In this document: piece by piece, positions 1-9,550 of the stretch | How the letters are laid out: each line of letters starts with the position of its first letter | How positions within the stretch are numbered: the stretch's first letter is position 1 | Source of the DNA: Nitrospirae bacterium MYbin3 | GTDB taxonomy: Bacteria; Nitrospirota; Thermodesulfovibrionia; Thermodesulfovibrionales; Dissulfurispiraceae | NCBI GenBank assembly: GCA_002753335.1 | Contig: PEAD01000025.1 | Span: forward strand, 1-43,895 | Length of the DNA stretch: 43,895 nt | Direction of reading: 5' to 3' | Program-made: the position numbers and the translations under genes | Notes under the pieces: model-generated | What the model was told of the DNA's origin: nothing | What the model saw: the letters and a program-made list of their open reading frames with translations, nothing else | Database searches by the model: none

Positions 1-103
1 GTATCTAAATTGAAAGTCCTCCCCGCTTTCAGACCGGCCGAAGCCTTATCCTCTTTAGGAAAATTAAATGCATTATAAATGGATGCCATAATGAGAAATA
101 GCA
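1..103. repeat. Exact 103-bp inverted copy of 1811-1913
   Basis: 1-103 is the base-for-base reverse complement of 1811-1913; identity ends at 104, inside degP. Confidence 0.95.
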
Positions 104-723
104 CTAACAATTCCGGAGGTTACAGTTTGGCTTAGTCCGAAGGGATTGCCTATAGCAATAACAATCTCTCCGACTTTCAAGGAATCAGAGTCACCTATCC
201 TTATAGCCGGAAGATTCTTTGCATCTATTTTTATCACAGCAAGATCTGTTTTGGGATCGCTTCCGACGATCTTGCCCTTAAACTCCCGCTTGTCCGAAAG
301 CTTTATTTTGATTTCGTCAGCATCCTTTATTACATGGTTGTTCGTAATTATGTATCCATCTTTATCAACAATAACACCTGAGCCCATACCCGACTGTTTA
401 TGTTCACGAGGTCTGTCAAAACCGCCGAATCCATCGCCGAAAAATTGTCTAAAAAAGGGGTCATCAAAAAATGGATTCTGAATGCCTCGAGTTCGGATTG
501 TTTTTGTTGAAGAAACATTCACAACCGACGGCTTGACCGCAGCCGCAACTTCAGACATAGCTTTATTGGTCTTGCTAAGTATTTCGATGGAATCCTGGGA
601 TATCTTGGCATCCTGACCAAAGCCTGTTGCATGAAAATTAAAATTTGAAGATATGCCGAGTCCAATTATAAGTCCGACTAATATGAATAATGTTCCATAG
701 ATTACTGGGCGTCCTTTCTGCAT
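73..723 (-). pseudogene. degP: DegP/HtrA (Do) serine protease, 5' part only, truncated at the inverted duplication
   Basis: N-terminal anchor, GSGVIV, ITNNHVI (His), DLAVIKI (Asp), [22 protein letters not shown] and PDZ domains absent; last residues derive from the inverted repeat. Confidence 0.85.
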
Positions 724-749
724 GAGTTTATCCTCCTAAATTTCAGTTA

Positions 750-1835
750 TCATCCTTTGCTCTTAACAGCGAACTCTTTGTTTAATGACTCCTTAGGCAG
801 TGTGAAGCTAAATGTACTTCCCTTTCCCAGTTCGCTTTCAACCCATATTTCTCCCCCATGGGATTCAAGAATTTTTTTTACTATCGGCAACCCGAGGCCT
901 GAACCATAAGAGTCTTGGTTTACCTTGAAAAAAGGGTCAAACACATATTGAATCTGTTCCTGGGAAATCCCTATACCTGTATCTTTTATTTGAATGAGAA
1001 TATCATCTTTTCTATCAGAAAGATTTACTGTTATTGATCCTCCTGGATTTGTATATTTGAGTGCGTTGTCCAGAAGGTTGGTAATTACTCTGTTTAACAT
1101 CCCTCTATCAGCATTTACAATAGGAAGAGTATGAGAATGATCGAAAAATATATCGATATTTTTCTTATCAGATTCATTCTTTTGCGCTTCTATCTCTTCA
1201 CTTAATACATTCTCCATGCTCAATAGGCCCAATATAGGTTTGCTTTCATTAATTTCAAGCCTTGCCATCTCCACAAAGTCGTTTATCATTTTCTCAAGCC
1301 TTATCTGCTCATCTTTTATAACTTTAATACAGTTTTTCTGAGATTCTGTTAATGGGCCTATCTTTTCTACCAAAAGCCTCGATAAAAATCCGAGTGACGT
1401 AATAACAGGATGCTTCATATCGTGTGCTATCATTGAAAGTAAAGCTTTTCGCTCTTTTTCCATTCTTTTGGAATTTGAAATGTCTCTGAAAAACTCATAA
1501 CCTCCGATAAATGTGCCATTATCATAAATAGGCGATGCTATTGAAGATACATGAATAATTTCATCATCAGCTTTTCTTAAAACAGTTTCGACTTCTCCTA
1601 TTTGATCACTTCTACCTGAATGCAAGAATAGTGGGCATGATTCTTTTGCCTCTGTTCCATGCAAGATTGAAAAATGAGCAATCCCTATCACAGATTTCTT
1701 CGAATATCCGGTTAGTTTTTCAGCTGCATTATTAAATCCGGTGATATTTCCATTTTCGTCAAAACACAAACATGGAATGGGAACTATATCAACAATATCT
1801 TGATCACTTTTGCTATTTCTCATTATGGCATCCAT
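750..1835 (-). CDS. PAS-domain sensor histidine kinase
   Basis: PAS ([11 protein letters not shown]), H-box AHDMKHP, N-box [10 protein letters not shown]-boxes DTGIGI and GSGLGL. Confidence 0.92.
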   Translation of the reverse strand: MDAIMRNSKSDQDIVDIVPIPCLCFDENGNITGFNNAAEKLTGYSKKSVIGIAHFSILHGTEAKESCPLFLHSGRSDQIGEVETVLRKADDEIIHVSSIASPIYDNGTFIGGYEFFRDISNSKRMEKERKALLSMIAHDMKHPVITSLGFLSRLLVEKIGPLTESQKNCIKVIKDEQIRLEKMINDFVEMARLEINESKPILGLLSMENVLSEEIEAQKNESDKKNIDIFFDHSHTLPIVNADRGMLNRVITNLLDNALKYTNPGGSITVNLSDRKDDILIQIKDTGIGISQEQIQYVFDPFFKVNQDSYGSGLGLPIVKKILESHGGEIWVESELGKGSTFSFTLPKESLNKEFAVKSKG

Positions 1836-1913
1836 TTATAATGCATTTAATTTTCCTAAAGAGGATAAGGCTTCGGCCGGTCTGAAAGCGGGGAGGACTT
1901 TCAATTTAGATAC
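1811..1913. repeat. Source copy of the 103-bp inverted duplication (kinase 5' end and upstream region)
   Basis: Reverse complement of 1-103. Confidence 0.95.
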
Positions 1914-1970
1914 CGGCCGGGCCTAATGAAACCGTTTCTTATGGAAACATAGAAATCCTTTCGCAGGTGG

Positions 1971-2147
1971 TCATCCTGCCTTTATTTTGTTTATACACCA
2001 CAGGGTAAATGCCACTGTCTGAATTAGCAGTGGCAAACGCGAATCAAAAAATATCCTTGTTGCTTTATTTGTAAAATCAGAAAGCATAAGAGATAGTTCC
2101 AAACATTTATGTTGTTGTTCAGATCGCTTAAATGCCGGAATTATCAT
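1971..2147 (-). CDS. Possible 58-aa small protein (not in ORF track)
   Basis: GGAGGT 7 nt before ATG 2147; open to TGA 1971; MIIPAFKRSEQQHKCLELSL...CINKIKAG. Confidence 0.45.
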   Translation of the reverse strand: MIIPAFKRSEQQHKCLELSLMLSDFTNKATRIFFDSRLPLLIQTVAFTLWCINKIKAG

Positions 2148-2198
2148 TCAACACACCTCCTATTCCCGCAAAAAATTTGCACAATTGGGAATTAAATA

Positions 2199-2228
2199 TG
2201 TCGGGCCGATATTGTCATCGACCCGACA
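2199..2228 (-). terminator. Stem-loop after third hsp20 (terminator or stabiliser)
   Basis: tgtcgggccgat-N6-atcgacccgaca just past stop; only a weak U tract. Confidence 0.5.
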
Positions 2229-2235
2229 GAAAGCG

Positions 2236-2727
2236 TTAGTCCATTTTTACAGCAATTTTCTTCTTTTCCGCCATTGCCTTTGCCGATTTAGGCAAATTTA
2301 CAGTAAGCACGCCTTTTTTGAACTTAGCCTCAATCTTATCCGTTTCTATCTCAACCGGCAGCGGAATAGTACGGCTGAATGAACCGAAAGAGCGCTCAAC
2401 CCTATAGTAATTTTTACCCTTGTCCTCTTTTTCTTCTTTCTTTTCACCCTTAATCGTCAGCGTGTCCTTGTTGAGCGAAACGTCTATATCTTTTTCATCC
2501 ATGCCGGGGAGTTCTGCAGTAACCTTAATCTCCTTATCCGTCTCTGTTATGTCAACGCTAGGCGAAAAAGATGCAAAATTGCCTCCCAACGGCTCCATCG
2601 AAAATCCCCTGAAAAAATTGTCAAACAACGAGTCTATGTCCCGTCTTAGCAAGGCGATTGGATTGTCTTCCTCACGCTTAACGGGAACGTCTTTTTTCTT
2701 GAATGGCATAAGATCTTTTATGTTCAT
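2236..2727 (-). CDS. Hsp20/alpha-crystallin small heat-shock protein
   Basis: PSVDITE..AELPG, ERSFGSFSRTIPLP, AKFKKGVL; start set at ATG 2727 after GGAGGT. Confidence 0.95.
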   Translation of the reverse strand: MNIKDLMPFKKKDVPVKREEDNPIALLRRDIDSLFDNFFRGFSMEPLGGNFASFSPSVDITETDKEIKVTAELPGMDEKDIDVSLNKDTLTIKGEKKEEKEDKGKNYYRVERSFGSFSRTIPLPVEIETDKIEAKFKKGVLTVNLPKSAKAMAEKKKIAVKMD

Positions 2728-2763
2728 GGCTTTACCTCCTTTCATTATTTCAGGTTGCCGTTT

Positions 2764-3168
2764 TTATTGAGCGGTTACCTGAATTTTTTTTGCCTTGACC
2801 GCCTCTTTTTTGGGCATTACAAGTTTCAAGACACCGTTTTTTACGGAGGCCTGAATCTTATCTTTGTCCACCTCATCAGACAGAGCAAATGACCTCTGGT
2901 AATCTCCTATTCCATATTCCAAAACCGACAGACGCTGGTTCTCGGGCATCTCTGCCTCCACTGCACCATAAATAGTCAAAACATTTTTCTCAAGCGTTAT
3001 ATCCACAGATTTCTCGTCAACTCCGGGCATATCAGCCACTACAACAATCTCGGACTTCTTTTCAATAATATCCACCTGCGGCGAGTAAACCCTGCGTTCG
3101 CGTGTGCGCTCTCCCTTTTCAGGAACTGCTGCCTCTTTTTTCTGGATGCTTGCTGCTGATTCTGACAT
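2764..3168 (-). CDS. Hsp20 family protein
   Basis: PQVDIIE..ADMPGV, YQRSFAL, ASVKNGVLKL; GGAGGT RBS. Confidence 0.93.
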   Translation of the reverse strand: MSESAASIQKKEAAVPEKGERTRERRVYSPQVDIIEKKSEIVVVADMPGVDEKSVDITLEKNVLTIYGAVEAEMPENQRLSVLEYGIGDYQRSFALSDEVDKDKIQASVKNGVLKLVMPKKEAVKAKKIQVTAQ

Positions 3169-3192
3169 AGTTATTCACCTCCTATATTTATG

Positions 3193-3624
3193 TTACTCTG
3201 ACTTTATTGTTATCTTCTTCGGTTTATCAGCTTCGGCCCTTGGAAGAGCTATATACAAAACCCCTTTTGTGAAGCGTGCATCAACCTTATCAGACTCAAC
3301 CGTAAAAGGCAGCTTAACACTTTTTGCGAACTGTCCCTGCCAGCGTTCTCTGCGATGATAAGCATCCTCTTTTGTTATTTCTTCCGGCTGGCGGTTACCT
3401 TTAAGGGTGAGAGTATCTCCAACAACAGATATTTCTATAGCTTTTGGATCAATACCAGGAATTTCTGTTGTAACAGTTGCACTATCAGCTGACGCCCACA
3501 AATTAACCAATGGGAATTCGGTTGATGGGGATGCTGATGTACGCGCCAAGGATTGCCGCATTCTTTCGAACTCGCGCCAAGGATCCCAAAACCTTCCTAA
3601 TCTTTCAACCTCTGACCATAACAT
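3193..3624 (-). CDS. Hsp20 family protein
   Basis: FPLVNLW..EIPGI, RRERWQGQF, ARFTKGVL; ATG 3624 after AAGGAGGT. Confidence 0.93.
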   Translation of the reverse strand: MLWSEVERLGRFWDPWREFERMRQSLARTSASPSTEFPLVNLWASADSATVTTEIPGIDPKAIEISVVGDTLTLKGNRQPEEITKEDAYHRRERWQGQFAKSVKLPFTVESDKVDARFTKGVLYIALPRAEADKPKKITIKSE

Positions 3625-3676
3625 AACACTTACCTCCTTAAAAATAGTATTTAATAACAAAGCCTTAAAGGCTGTT

Positions 3677-3703
3677 TTAGCACTCTATCATTAAGAGTGC
3701 TAA
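3677..3703. promoter_or_regulatory. CIRCE element (HrcA operator)
   Basis: Perfect TTAGCACTC-N9-GAGTGCTAA upstream of hsp20 genes. Confidence 0.95.
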
Positions 3704-3707
3704 ATAT

Positions 3708-3736
3708 TTTTTAACAAATTTTTTGATAGCAGTCAA
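3708..3736 (-). promoter_or_regulatory. Sigma70-type promoter of hsp20 operon
   Basis: TTGACT-17 bp-TAAAAA with extended TG, directly upstream of CIRCE. Confidence 0.6.
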
Positions 3737-3873
3737 GTCTATTTTGGGGCGATTTAGGGCAAATAAAGCGATTTACTGGTAAATATTTTGAAATAAATAT
3801 TTTTTCCTCAATGTTTTGCAAAAAATCATTTATTTTTACAATGATTCGAATCGTGCCAAATCTAAAAAAAAGT

Positions 3874-3903
3874 AAACCTCCCCGTGGCAAGCCACAGGGC
3901 ATC
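3874..3903. repeat. Short hairpin resembling an IS200/IS605-end or REP-like relic
   Basis: aaacctccccgtggcaagccacagggcatc; stem with GCAA loop; no transposase nearby. Confidence 0.4.
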
Positions 3904-3940
3904 CTGCAAAGGCTTTCGTAAAGTGTTAAAATCATAATGT

Positions 3941-4453
3941 ATGAACAAATTATCAATAGCACTTCTCTTGATTCTAACCGGATGCCTTGGAATACCTGAA
4001 AATGTGAGACCTGTTGATAATTTCAAGTTGGAGAGATATCTTGGAAAGTGGTATGAAATTGCAAGAATGGATCATTCATTCGAAAAAGGCCTATCTAAAG
4101 TAACAGCAGATTATAGTTTAAGGAATGATGGCGGACTGACAGTAATAAATCGAGGATATTCAGAAAAAGATAACAAATGGAAAGAAGCTGAAGGGAAAGC
4201 ATATTTTGTTAAAGGGGCAAATCAGGGGTATTTGAAAGTATCATTCTTTGGCCCCTTCTATGGTGCTTATATTATTTTTGAACTGGATCATGAAAATTAT
4301 CAATATTCATTAGTATCAGGGCCGGACAAGTCTTATTTTTGGATTCTGGCAAGAACCCACAAGATAGATGAAAACTTAAAAAATATCCTTGTAAAAAAAG
4401 CAGGTGTATTGGGGTTCAACACTAGCAAATTGATTTACGTTAATCACGAATAA
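3941..4453 (+). CDS. blc: Lipocalin Blc lipoprotein
   Basis: Lipobox LTGC, YLGKWYEIAR, LKVSFFGPFY, WILAR. Confidence 0.93.
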   Translation: MNKLSIALLLILTGCLGIPENVRPVDNFKLERYLGKWYEIARMDHSFEKGLSKVTADYSLRNDGGLTVINRGYSEKDNKWKEAEGKAYFVKGANQGYLKVSFFGPFYGAYIIFELDHENYQYSLVSGPDKSYFWILARTHKIDENLKNILVKKAGVLGFNTSKLIYVNHE

Positions 4454-4469
4454 TGAAGGGAGAAATATC

Positions 4470-5024
4470 ATGAAAAAGACATTGGTCATAGTGGCACATC
4501 CGAGCGTTAATCAAAAATCTATTGCCAACAAAATAATTGTGGAGAGGATAAGTACCATTGAACAGGTAAAAATTAAAGATCTTTATAAAGAGTATCCCTC
4601 TTTCAAATTCGATCTTGAAGTCGAGCAAAATGATCTGATTAATGCAGAATCAATAATTTTTCAGTTCCCTTTCTATTGGTACAGTGTTCCGGGCATTCTG
4701 AAAGAATGGTTGGACCAAGTATTTACTTATGGATTTGCATATGGTTCTACAGGCGACAAGTTGAAAGGCAAGCAATTTCTTGTATCTACAACAGTAGGAG
4801 GGCCTGCTGAATCCTACAAAGAAGGCGGCTATAACAATTTCACGATCAATGAGCTCTTGAAGCCCTTACAGCAAACAGCTAACTTATCCGGAATGAAATA
4901 CAATCCGCCGATTATTTCGCACAATATGATCTACATCCCCGATGTTTATAACAAGAAGGAAGAGGTTGAGCAAAGGGCAAGAGAGCATGCAGAGGAACTT
5001 GTTACGTACATCGGTGGGATTTAA
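4470..5024 (+). CDS. Flavodoxin-fold NAD(P)H quinone oxidoreductase (KefF/MdaB-like)
   Basis: VIVAHP, FQFPFYWYSVPGILKEWLDQV, LKGK. Confidence 0.9.
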   Translation: MKKTLVIVAHPSVNQKSIANKIIVERISTIEQVKIKDLYKEYPSFKFDLEVEQNDLINAESIIFQFPFYWYSVPGILKEWLDQVFTYGFAYGSTGDKLKGKQFLVSTTVGGPAESYKEGGYNNFTINELLKPLQQTANLSGMKYNPPIISHNMIYIPDVYNKKEEVEQRAREHAEELVTYIGGI

Positions 5025-5113
5025 AAAGTTATGTTAACTATTTTACTTATAGTTGACTTTAATACAAAAAGTTTGCACTGCTAAAAGTTGTATTTATTTC
5101 TATCAATTAATTG

Positions 5114-5542
5114 ATGCGAATTTGGTCAATACATCCTAAATACTTGGATTCAAAGGGCATAGTGGCATTATGGCGTGAAACGCTTTTGGCGCAAGCCGTT
5201 TTAACGGGAAAAACTAAAGGCTATGTCAATCATCCCCAGTTGCGTAGATTTAAAGAAAATAAAGATCCTATCGGGTCTATCGGTAAATATTTAAATATTG
5301 TTTTAATCGAATCAGAGAATCGTGGTTATAAATTTTCAGGTGATAAAATAATACGTATAAATCATGGCGCGATAATTTCAGTATGTGATAAACAGGTGCA
5401 GTATGAATTTAGTCATCTATTGAAAAAACTTAGAACTCGAGACATTAAAAAATACGATCAAATTCAAGGCACAAGCAATATTTTGGTTCATGATATTTTT
5501 CAGGTGATTCCTTGCAATATAGAATCGTGGGAAGTTGTATAA
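5114..5542 (+). CDS. Pyrimidine-dimer DNA glycosylase/endonuclease V family
   Basis: MRIWSIHPKYLD.KG.VALWRE.LLAQ, GY.NHPQL.RF. Confidence 0.88.
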   Translation: MRIWSIHPKYLDSKGIVALWRETLLAQAVLTGKTKGYVNHPQLRRFKENKDPIGSIGKYLNIVLIESENRGYKFSGDKIIRINHGAIISVCDKQVQYEFSHLLKKLRTRDIKKYDQIQGTSNILVHDIFQVIPCNIESWEVV

Positions 5543-5627
5543 CAAAATAAAAAATCAGCAATTTGGTCAAAGCCAAAGAGACAGGCAAATATGGGTATAA
5601 CATTTGCAAAAATGTTATTATGAAAAA

Positions 5628-6488
5628 ATGAAGATAACTATGAGCGGCGGCAGTGGCTTTGTCGGAAAACATCTTACAGACAACCTTAAATTAAATGGTT
5701 GCGAGATTGTTCAACTTGACAAGCCCGATTTCATCGGTGACATTGCCACACTTCAAAAGAAGATTGAAGGATCACAGATTGTGATAAACCTTGCGGGAGC
5801 GCCGATAATCGCAGACTGGACAGAAGACTACAAGAAAATTTTGTACTCAAGCAGAATTGACACAACCAATATGCTTGTAAATGCGATGTCAAATCTCGGC
5901 AACAAACCGAAGCTTTTTATCTCAACCTCGGCCGTAGGCGTGTACGAGAACGGCGGCCCGCATACAGAAACAAAATTCCGATACAGCAATGAATTTTTAG
6001 GTAAGCTTGCGCTTGACTGGGAAAAGGCCGCAGTTAATGCACAAAACGCAGGAATTCGAACCGTGATTTTTCGTTTTGGAATTGTGTTGGGAACAGACGG
6101 CGGCGCGCTTGCCCAAATGCTTACACCGTTCAAGCTCGGGCTTGGCGGGAAAATCGGATCGGGCAAGCAGCCTTTCTCCTGGGTTCATATAGAAGACCTT
6201 GTCAATGCGTACTCTTTTGCTGTCAAAAATGAAAACATAAAGGGAATCTACAACCTGACCGCTCCCGAAAGCGTTACCAACAAAATCCTCACCAAAACAC
6301 TGTCAAAAATTTTGGACAGGCCCGCTTTTTTTACGGTGCCTGAATTTGTTCTCCGTCTGAAATTTGGAGATGGCGCAACTGCGCTCATCGAGGGCCAGGA
6401 TGTAAAGCCCGAAAGACTGCTTGAAGCAGGATTTCAGTTTAAGTTTAAAACTCTCAATTCTGCATTGACAGAACTGCTAGCAAAATAG
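5628..6488 (+). CDS. TIGR01777-family NAD-dependent epimerase/oxidoreductase
   Basis: GGSGFVG, VINLAG, SRI, GSGKQPFSWVHIED, P.RLLEAGFQF. Confidence 0.9.
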   Translation: MKITMSGGSGFVGKHLTDNLKLNGCEIVQLDKPDFIGDIATLQKKIEGSQIVINLAGAPIIADWTEDYKKILYSSRIDTTNMLVNAMSNLGNKPKLFISTSAVGVYENGGPHTETKFRYSNEFLGKLALDWEKAAVNAQNAGIRTVIFRFGIVLGTDGGALAQMLTPFKLGLGGKIGSGKQPFSWVHIEDLVNAYSFAVKNENIKGIYNLTAPESVTNKILTKTLSKILDRPAFFTVPEFVLRLKFGDGATALIEGQDVKPERLLEAGFQFKFKTLNSALTELLAK

Positions 6489-6708
6489 CAACTGCAGATA
6501 TGGACACTGGAGACTAAATATTTAGAGCGTACAACAAAATGAGATTGTATTTACTTTCCTTCGCAAGCAGATTGTGAAGATTTGTATAAGGCATTCGCAT
6601 TTCAAGCAGCAAGAGTCTGAACTTTATCTTTTCTACCGCTCATCAATCAACATTTCTATCAGATTTGCTGAGGCCTTCTGTGCAGTCTGTGGGTTGAACT
6701 AGTCTGTT

Positions 6709-6975
6709 CTATTTTCTCTTTAGAATGGTATCTTTTTCCGTAGGTATTGTGATGGAAGATTCAGCATTTTTTTTAGTCTCCTTCTTATTAGGGACACAGC
6801 ACTCCTGTTTCTCCGTGCAATCCAGAAAAGCTCCTTGCTCCGGCAGTTCATTTTCAGCACAGAAATCCTTGCATTTTCCATCGAACATGGAGCAGTTTTC
6901 TGCACCGAAAGCAAGCGACGCCGTTAATAGCAATAAAAGTAGAAGACCACATTTCATAAATAGCATCTGATTCAT
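6709..6975 (-). CDS. Small secreted six-cysteine protein
   Basis: Signal peptide ending AFG; C-x6-C-x3-C-x13-C-x5-CC; TGnTATAAT 7 nt before ATG. Confidence 0.75.
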   Translation of the reverse strand: MNQMLFMKCGLLLLLLLTASLAFGAENCSMFDGKCKDFCAENELPEQGAFLDCTEKQECCVPNKKETKKNAESSITIPTEKDTILKRK

Positions 6976-7104
6976 GATAAAAATTATATCACAGGGTAGT
7001 ACAGTTGGGGAGCTATTATATTTTTATAAATGTGTCAAGAAACTGCTCATCTTGTGGAATCTGATATAATGTGCGAAGCGAAATCAAATCCAGGAGAGAA
7101 TATA

Positions 7105-7671
7105 ATGAAAAAATCATTTGGTCCTAAAACATTAATTTATCCCACCCCTGTATGGGTAGTCGGGACTTATGGCAATGATGGAAAACCAAACGTTATGACT
7201 ATAGCGTGGGGTGGAATTTGCTGTTCACAACCTCCCTGTATTTCAATCTCACTAAGGAAAGCGACTTATACTTATGGCAATATTGTGGAGAAAAAGGCAT
7301 TCACTATTAATGTCCCATCAGATAAATATGCAAAGGAAGCTGATTATTTTGGATTGGTCTCTGGAAGGAATGTAGATAAATTTTCTGTCACAGGACTAAC
7401 TCCGGCAAAAAGTGACAAGATTGATGCTCCATACATAAAGGAATTCCCTCTTATAGTTGAGTGTAAATTGCTTCATACAGTGGAAATCGGATTACATACT
7501 CAGTTCATCGGTGAAATTATGGAAGTTAAGGCGGATGAAACAGTAATTGGAACTAAAGGTCTTCCGGATATAGAAAAAGTTAGTCCTATTCTTTTCAGTC
7601 CCGAGATGAGGAGTTATCATAAAGTTGGAGCCTATATCGGAGATGCATTTTCGATCGGAAAGAGATCTTAA
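7105..7671 (+). CDS. Flavoredoxin/flavin reductase family protein
   Basis: [44 protein letters not shown]. Confidence 0.9.
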   Translation: MKKSFGPKTLIYPTPVWVVGTYGNDGKPNVMTIAWGGICCSQPPCISISLRKATYTYGNIVEKKAFTINVPSDKYAKEADYFGLVSGRNVDKFSVTGLTPAKSDKIDAPYIKEFPLIVECKLLHTVEIGLHTQFIGEIMEVKADETVIGTKGLPDIEKVSPILFSPEMRSYHKVGAYIGDAFSIGKRS

Positions 7672-7960
7672 GAAATCATACAATATATAGAAGGAGCAGG
7701 TCAGATGAAAACACATCAATCTTATTTTATATTGGACTTACAGAGTGTAGTAGGGTTAGTCAATTAAACTCATTACACCCTCTATATGGGTGCCTAACCC
7801 TTACTGGGAGCTAATCTCCTATTTTACAAATTTAGAAAAATAATTTTTATAGCTATGTTGTCTTCCGGAGCAATAAGAATTTTTTAACTGGTGGCTTTTA
7901 TTTTTTGCTCGCGATAAAGACTTTAAATGGAAATTGCCAAGAAATAGTTCAACTTTCTCA

Positions 7961-7989
7961 TTGAAGCTATGCACCAATTATGGTACACT
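7961..7989 (+). promoter_or_regulatory. TA promoter with overlapping palindromic operator
   Basis: TTGAAG-17-TACACT, extended TG, inverted repeat tgcacca-atta-tggtaca. Confidence 0.6.
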
Positions 7990-7994
7990 ATTTC

Positions 7995-8345
7995 ATGGAG
8001 CAGAGAGATCCTATTCTAAAGGTTGTTTTCTATAAAACCGTCAACGATGTAGAACCGGTTAGATAGTGGCTCAAAGAGCTGCGGAAAGATTATAGAAGAA
8101 CCGTAGGAGAAGATATAAAAACAACCCAATTCGGTTGACCTATTGGGATGCCGCTCATAAGAAAGATAGAAAAAGACCTTTGGGAAGTCAGATCAACTAT
8201 TAAAGACGGTATTGCCAGAACATTTTTTACGGTAGAGAAAGACATCATGGTTCTTCTTCATGGTTTTGTAAAAAAGTCACAGTAGACACCGCAAAAGGAA
8301 CTCCAGACGGCAAGACAAAGATTGCGTAATATAAGCGAAGGTTAA
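7995..8345 (+). pseudogene. RelE/HigB-like (Gp49/DUF891) toxin with three in-frame stops
   Basis: EPVR*WLKEL..GEDIKTTQFG*PIGMP..LWEVRS..VLLHGFVKKSQ*TP; stops at 8064, 8136, 8283. Confidence 0.9.
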
Positions 8346-8346
8346 A

Positions 8347-8628
8347 ATGAAAAACAAACATCTGGGCAGCGATTTCGATGATATTCTTAGGGAGCAGGAT
8401 ATGCTTATCGGCGTGGCGGCTGTTGCGGCAAAGCGTGCGCTTTCTTTTCAAATAGAAAAGGAAATGAAGAAAAAAAGATTAACCAAAGTTGAAATGGCAA
8501 CCAGAATGAGGACAAGCAGAACAGCAGTGGATAGGCTGTTAGACCCTGACAATATAGCTGTCACTCTCACCACTATTGAAAAGGCGGCTCTTGTCCTCGG
8601 CAAGAGGCTAATTATCAAACTTGCTTGA
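8347..8628 (+). CDS. XRE-family HTH antitoxin
   Basis: KHLGSDFDD, MATRMRTSR..VDRLLDP; follows toxin. Confidence 0.88.
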   Translation: MKNKHLGSDFDDILREQDMLIGVAAVAAKRALSFQIEKEMKKKRLTKVEMATRMRTSRTAVDRLLDPDNIAVTLTTIEKAALVLGKRLIIKLA

Positions 8629-8751
8629 GCCATACGTAACAAAGTTGATTGATTCTAATAGCCGCTAAGGGTCATCATTAATCCTGCTTTTTTAAGGAGA
8701 AAGAGGAGTAACAATTACCGAGGCAAGTAAAGTGGTGAGGGTATAAAATAA

Positions 8752-9120
8752 TTATTGGGCATCATCCCTGTGAACCGTTTCAGTTGAGAACGCCGGCAGA
8801 CACACGGCAACATATTCCGCTCCATCCGGCTCTGGGGTGCTGTACTGGACCCATTCCCCACCTTTTGCAATCACCGCTTCTCCTTTACGAACATCCAGAG
8901 ATCCTTCCTTTGTTTTAACTCTAAGCATGCCGCGCAGTACTAATGTATATTCGTCGAACTCAGGCTGCTGTCCAGGCTCAATCCATCCTCCCGGACTCTT
9001 CATGCGAGCAATGCTTAGAGCATTTGTCTGTGAATTAACGCGACCAATGTATTCTCTTATCTCTTTTGGCTTGTTTCCAGATGCTTCTATTATGGTTGGC
9101 GTTTTGATTAAAATCGGCAT
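8752..9120 (-). CDS. Cupin (EutQ-like)
   Basis: EPGQQPEFDEYTLVL.G, YVAVCLPAF. Confidence 0.85.
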   Translation of the reverse strand: MPILIKTPTIIEASGNKPKEIREYIGRVNSQTNALSIARMKSPGGWIEPGQQPEFDEYTLVLRGMLRVKTKEGSLDVRKGEAVIAKGGEWVQYSTPEPDGAEYVAVCLPAFSTETVHRDDAQ

Positions 9121-9146
9121 ATCGTATCATTCCTTTTGATAATAAT

Positions 9147-9539
9147 TTACAAATCAACCTGTCCGCTTCCTATTAGCGGCAGTATCTTCTTGACCTCGAA
9201 ATGCACCAGGTACTTGGGTCCCTTTGCCCTGTCCTCCTCGGGCGTAAGATTTCCCCTTGTCATCTTCGCTATAAGCGGAGAATCTGTTTCTTCTTTTATC
9301 TTCTTTAGATGAAGCCTTGTCCCGCTGTACCCGGGCCCCCTTTCATGAAACAGGAATGAGGCATAGGGATTTGATTGAAGGTTATGATATGTCAGTTTTT
9401 GGCGTAACAAAAAAGCGACAGTGCCGTCATCAAAAACATGCGGGCGGGAATAAATCGCAACATTCACCTTCCCTTCCGAGTCAGCGGTAGCAAGAACTCC
9501 TGTACCATTTGCACTCTTAAAATATTCTTTCAGGTCCAT
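9147..9539 (-). CDS. Pyridoxamine 5'-phosphate oxidase-like FMN-binding protein
   Basis: GVLATAD..G..NVAIYSRP, T..NL..NP.A. Confidence 0.85.
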   Translation of the reverse strand: MDLKEYFKSANGTGVLATADSEGKVNVAIYSRPHVFDDGTVAFLLRQKLTYHNLQSNPYASFLFHERGPGYSGTRLHLKKIKEETDSPLIAKMTRGNLTPEEDRAKGPKYLVHFEVKKILPLIGSGQVDL

Positions 9540-9550
9540 ATTCCTCTCCT

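Noticed and set aside
1870..2040. Riboswitch (e.g. c-di-GMP-I) upstream of the kinase
   Set aside because: Hairpins are present but I could not match the conserved motif; needs an Rfam/Infernal scan
7995..8345. Stop-codon reassignment or Sec/Pyl explaining the toxin stops
   Set aside because: Mixed TAG/TGA at E, W and K positions; TAG and TGA terminate normal genes elsewhere in the window
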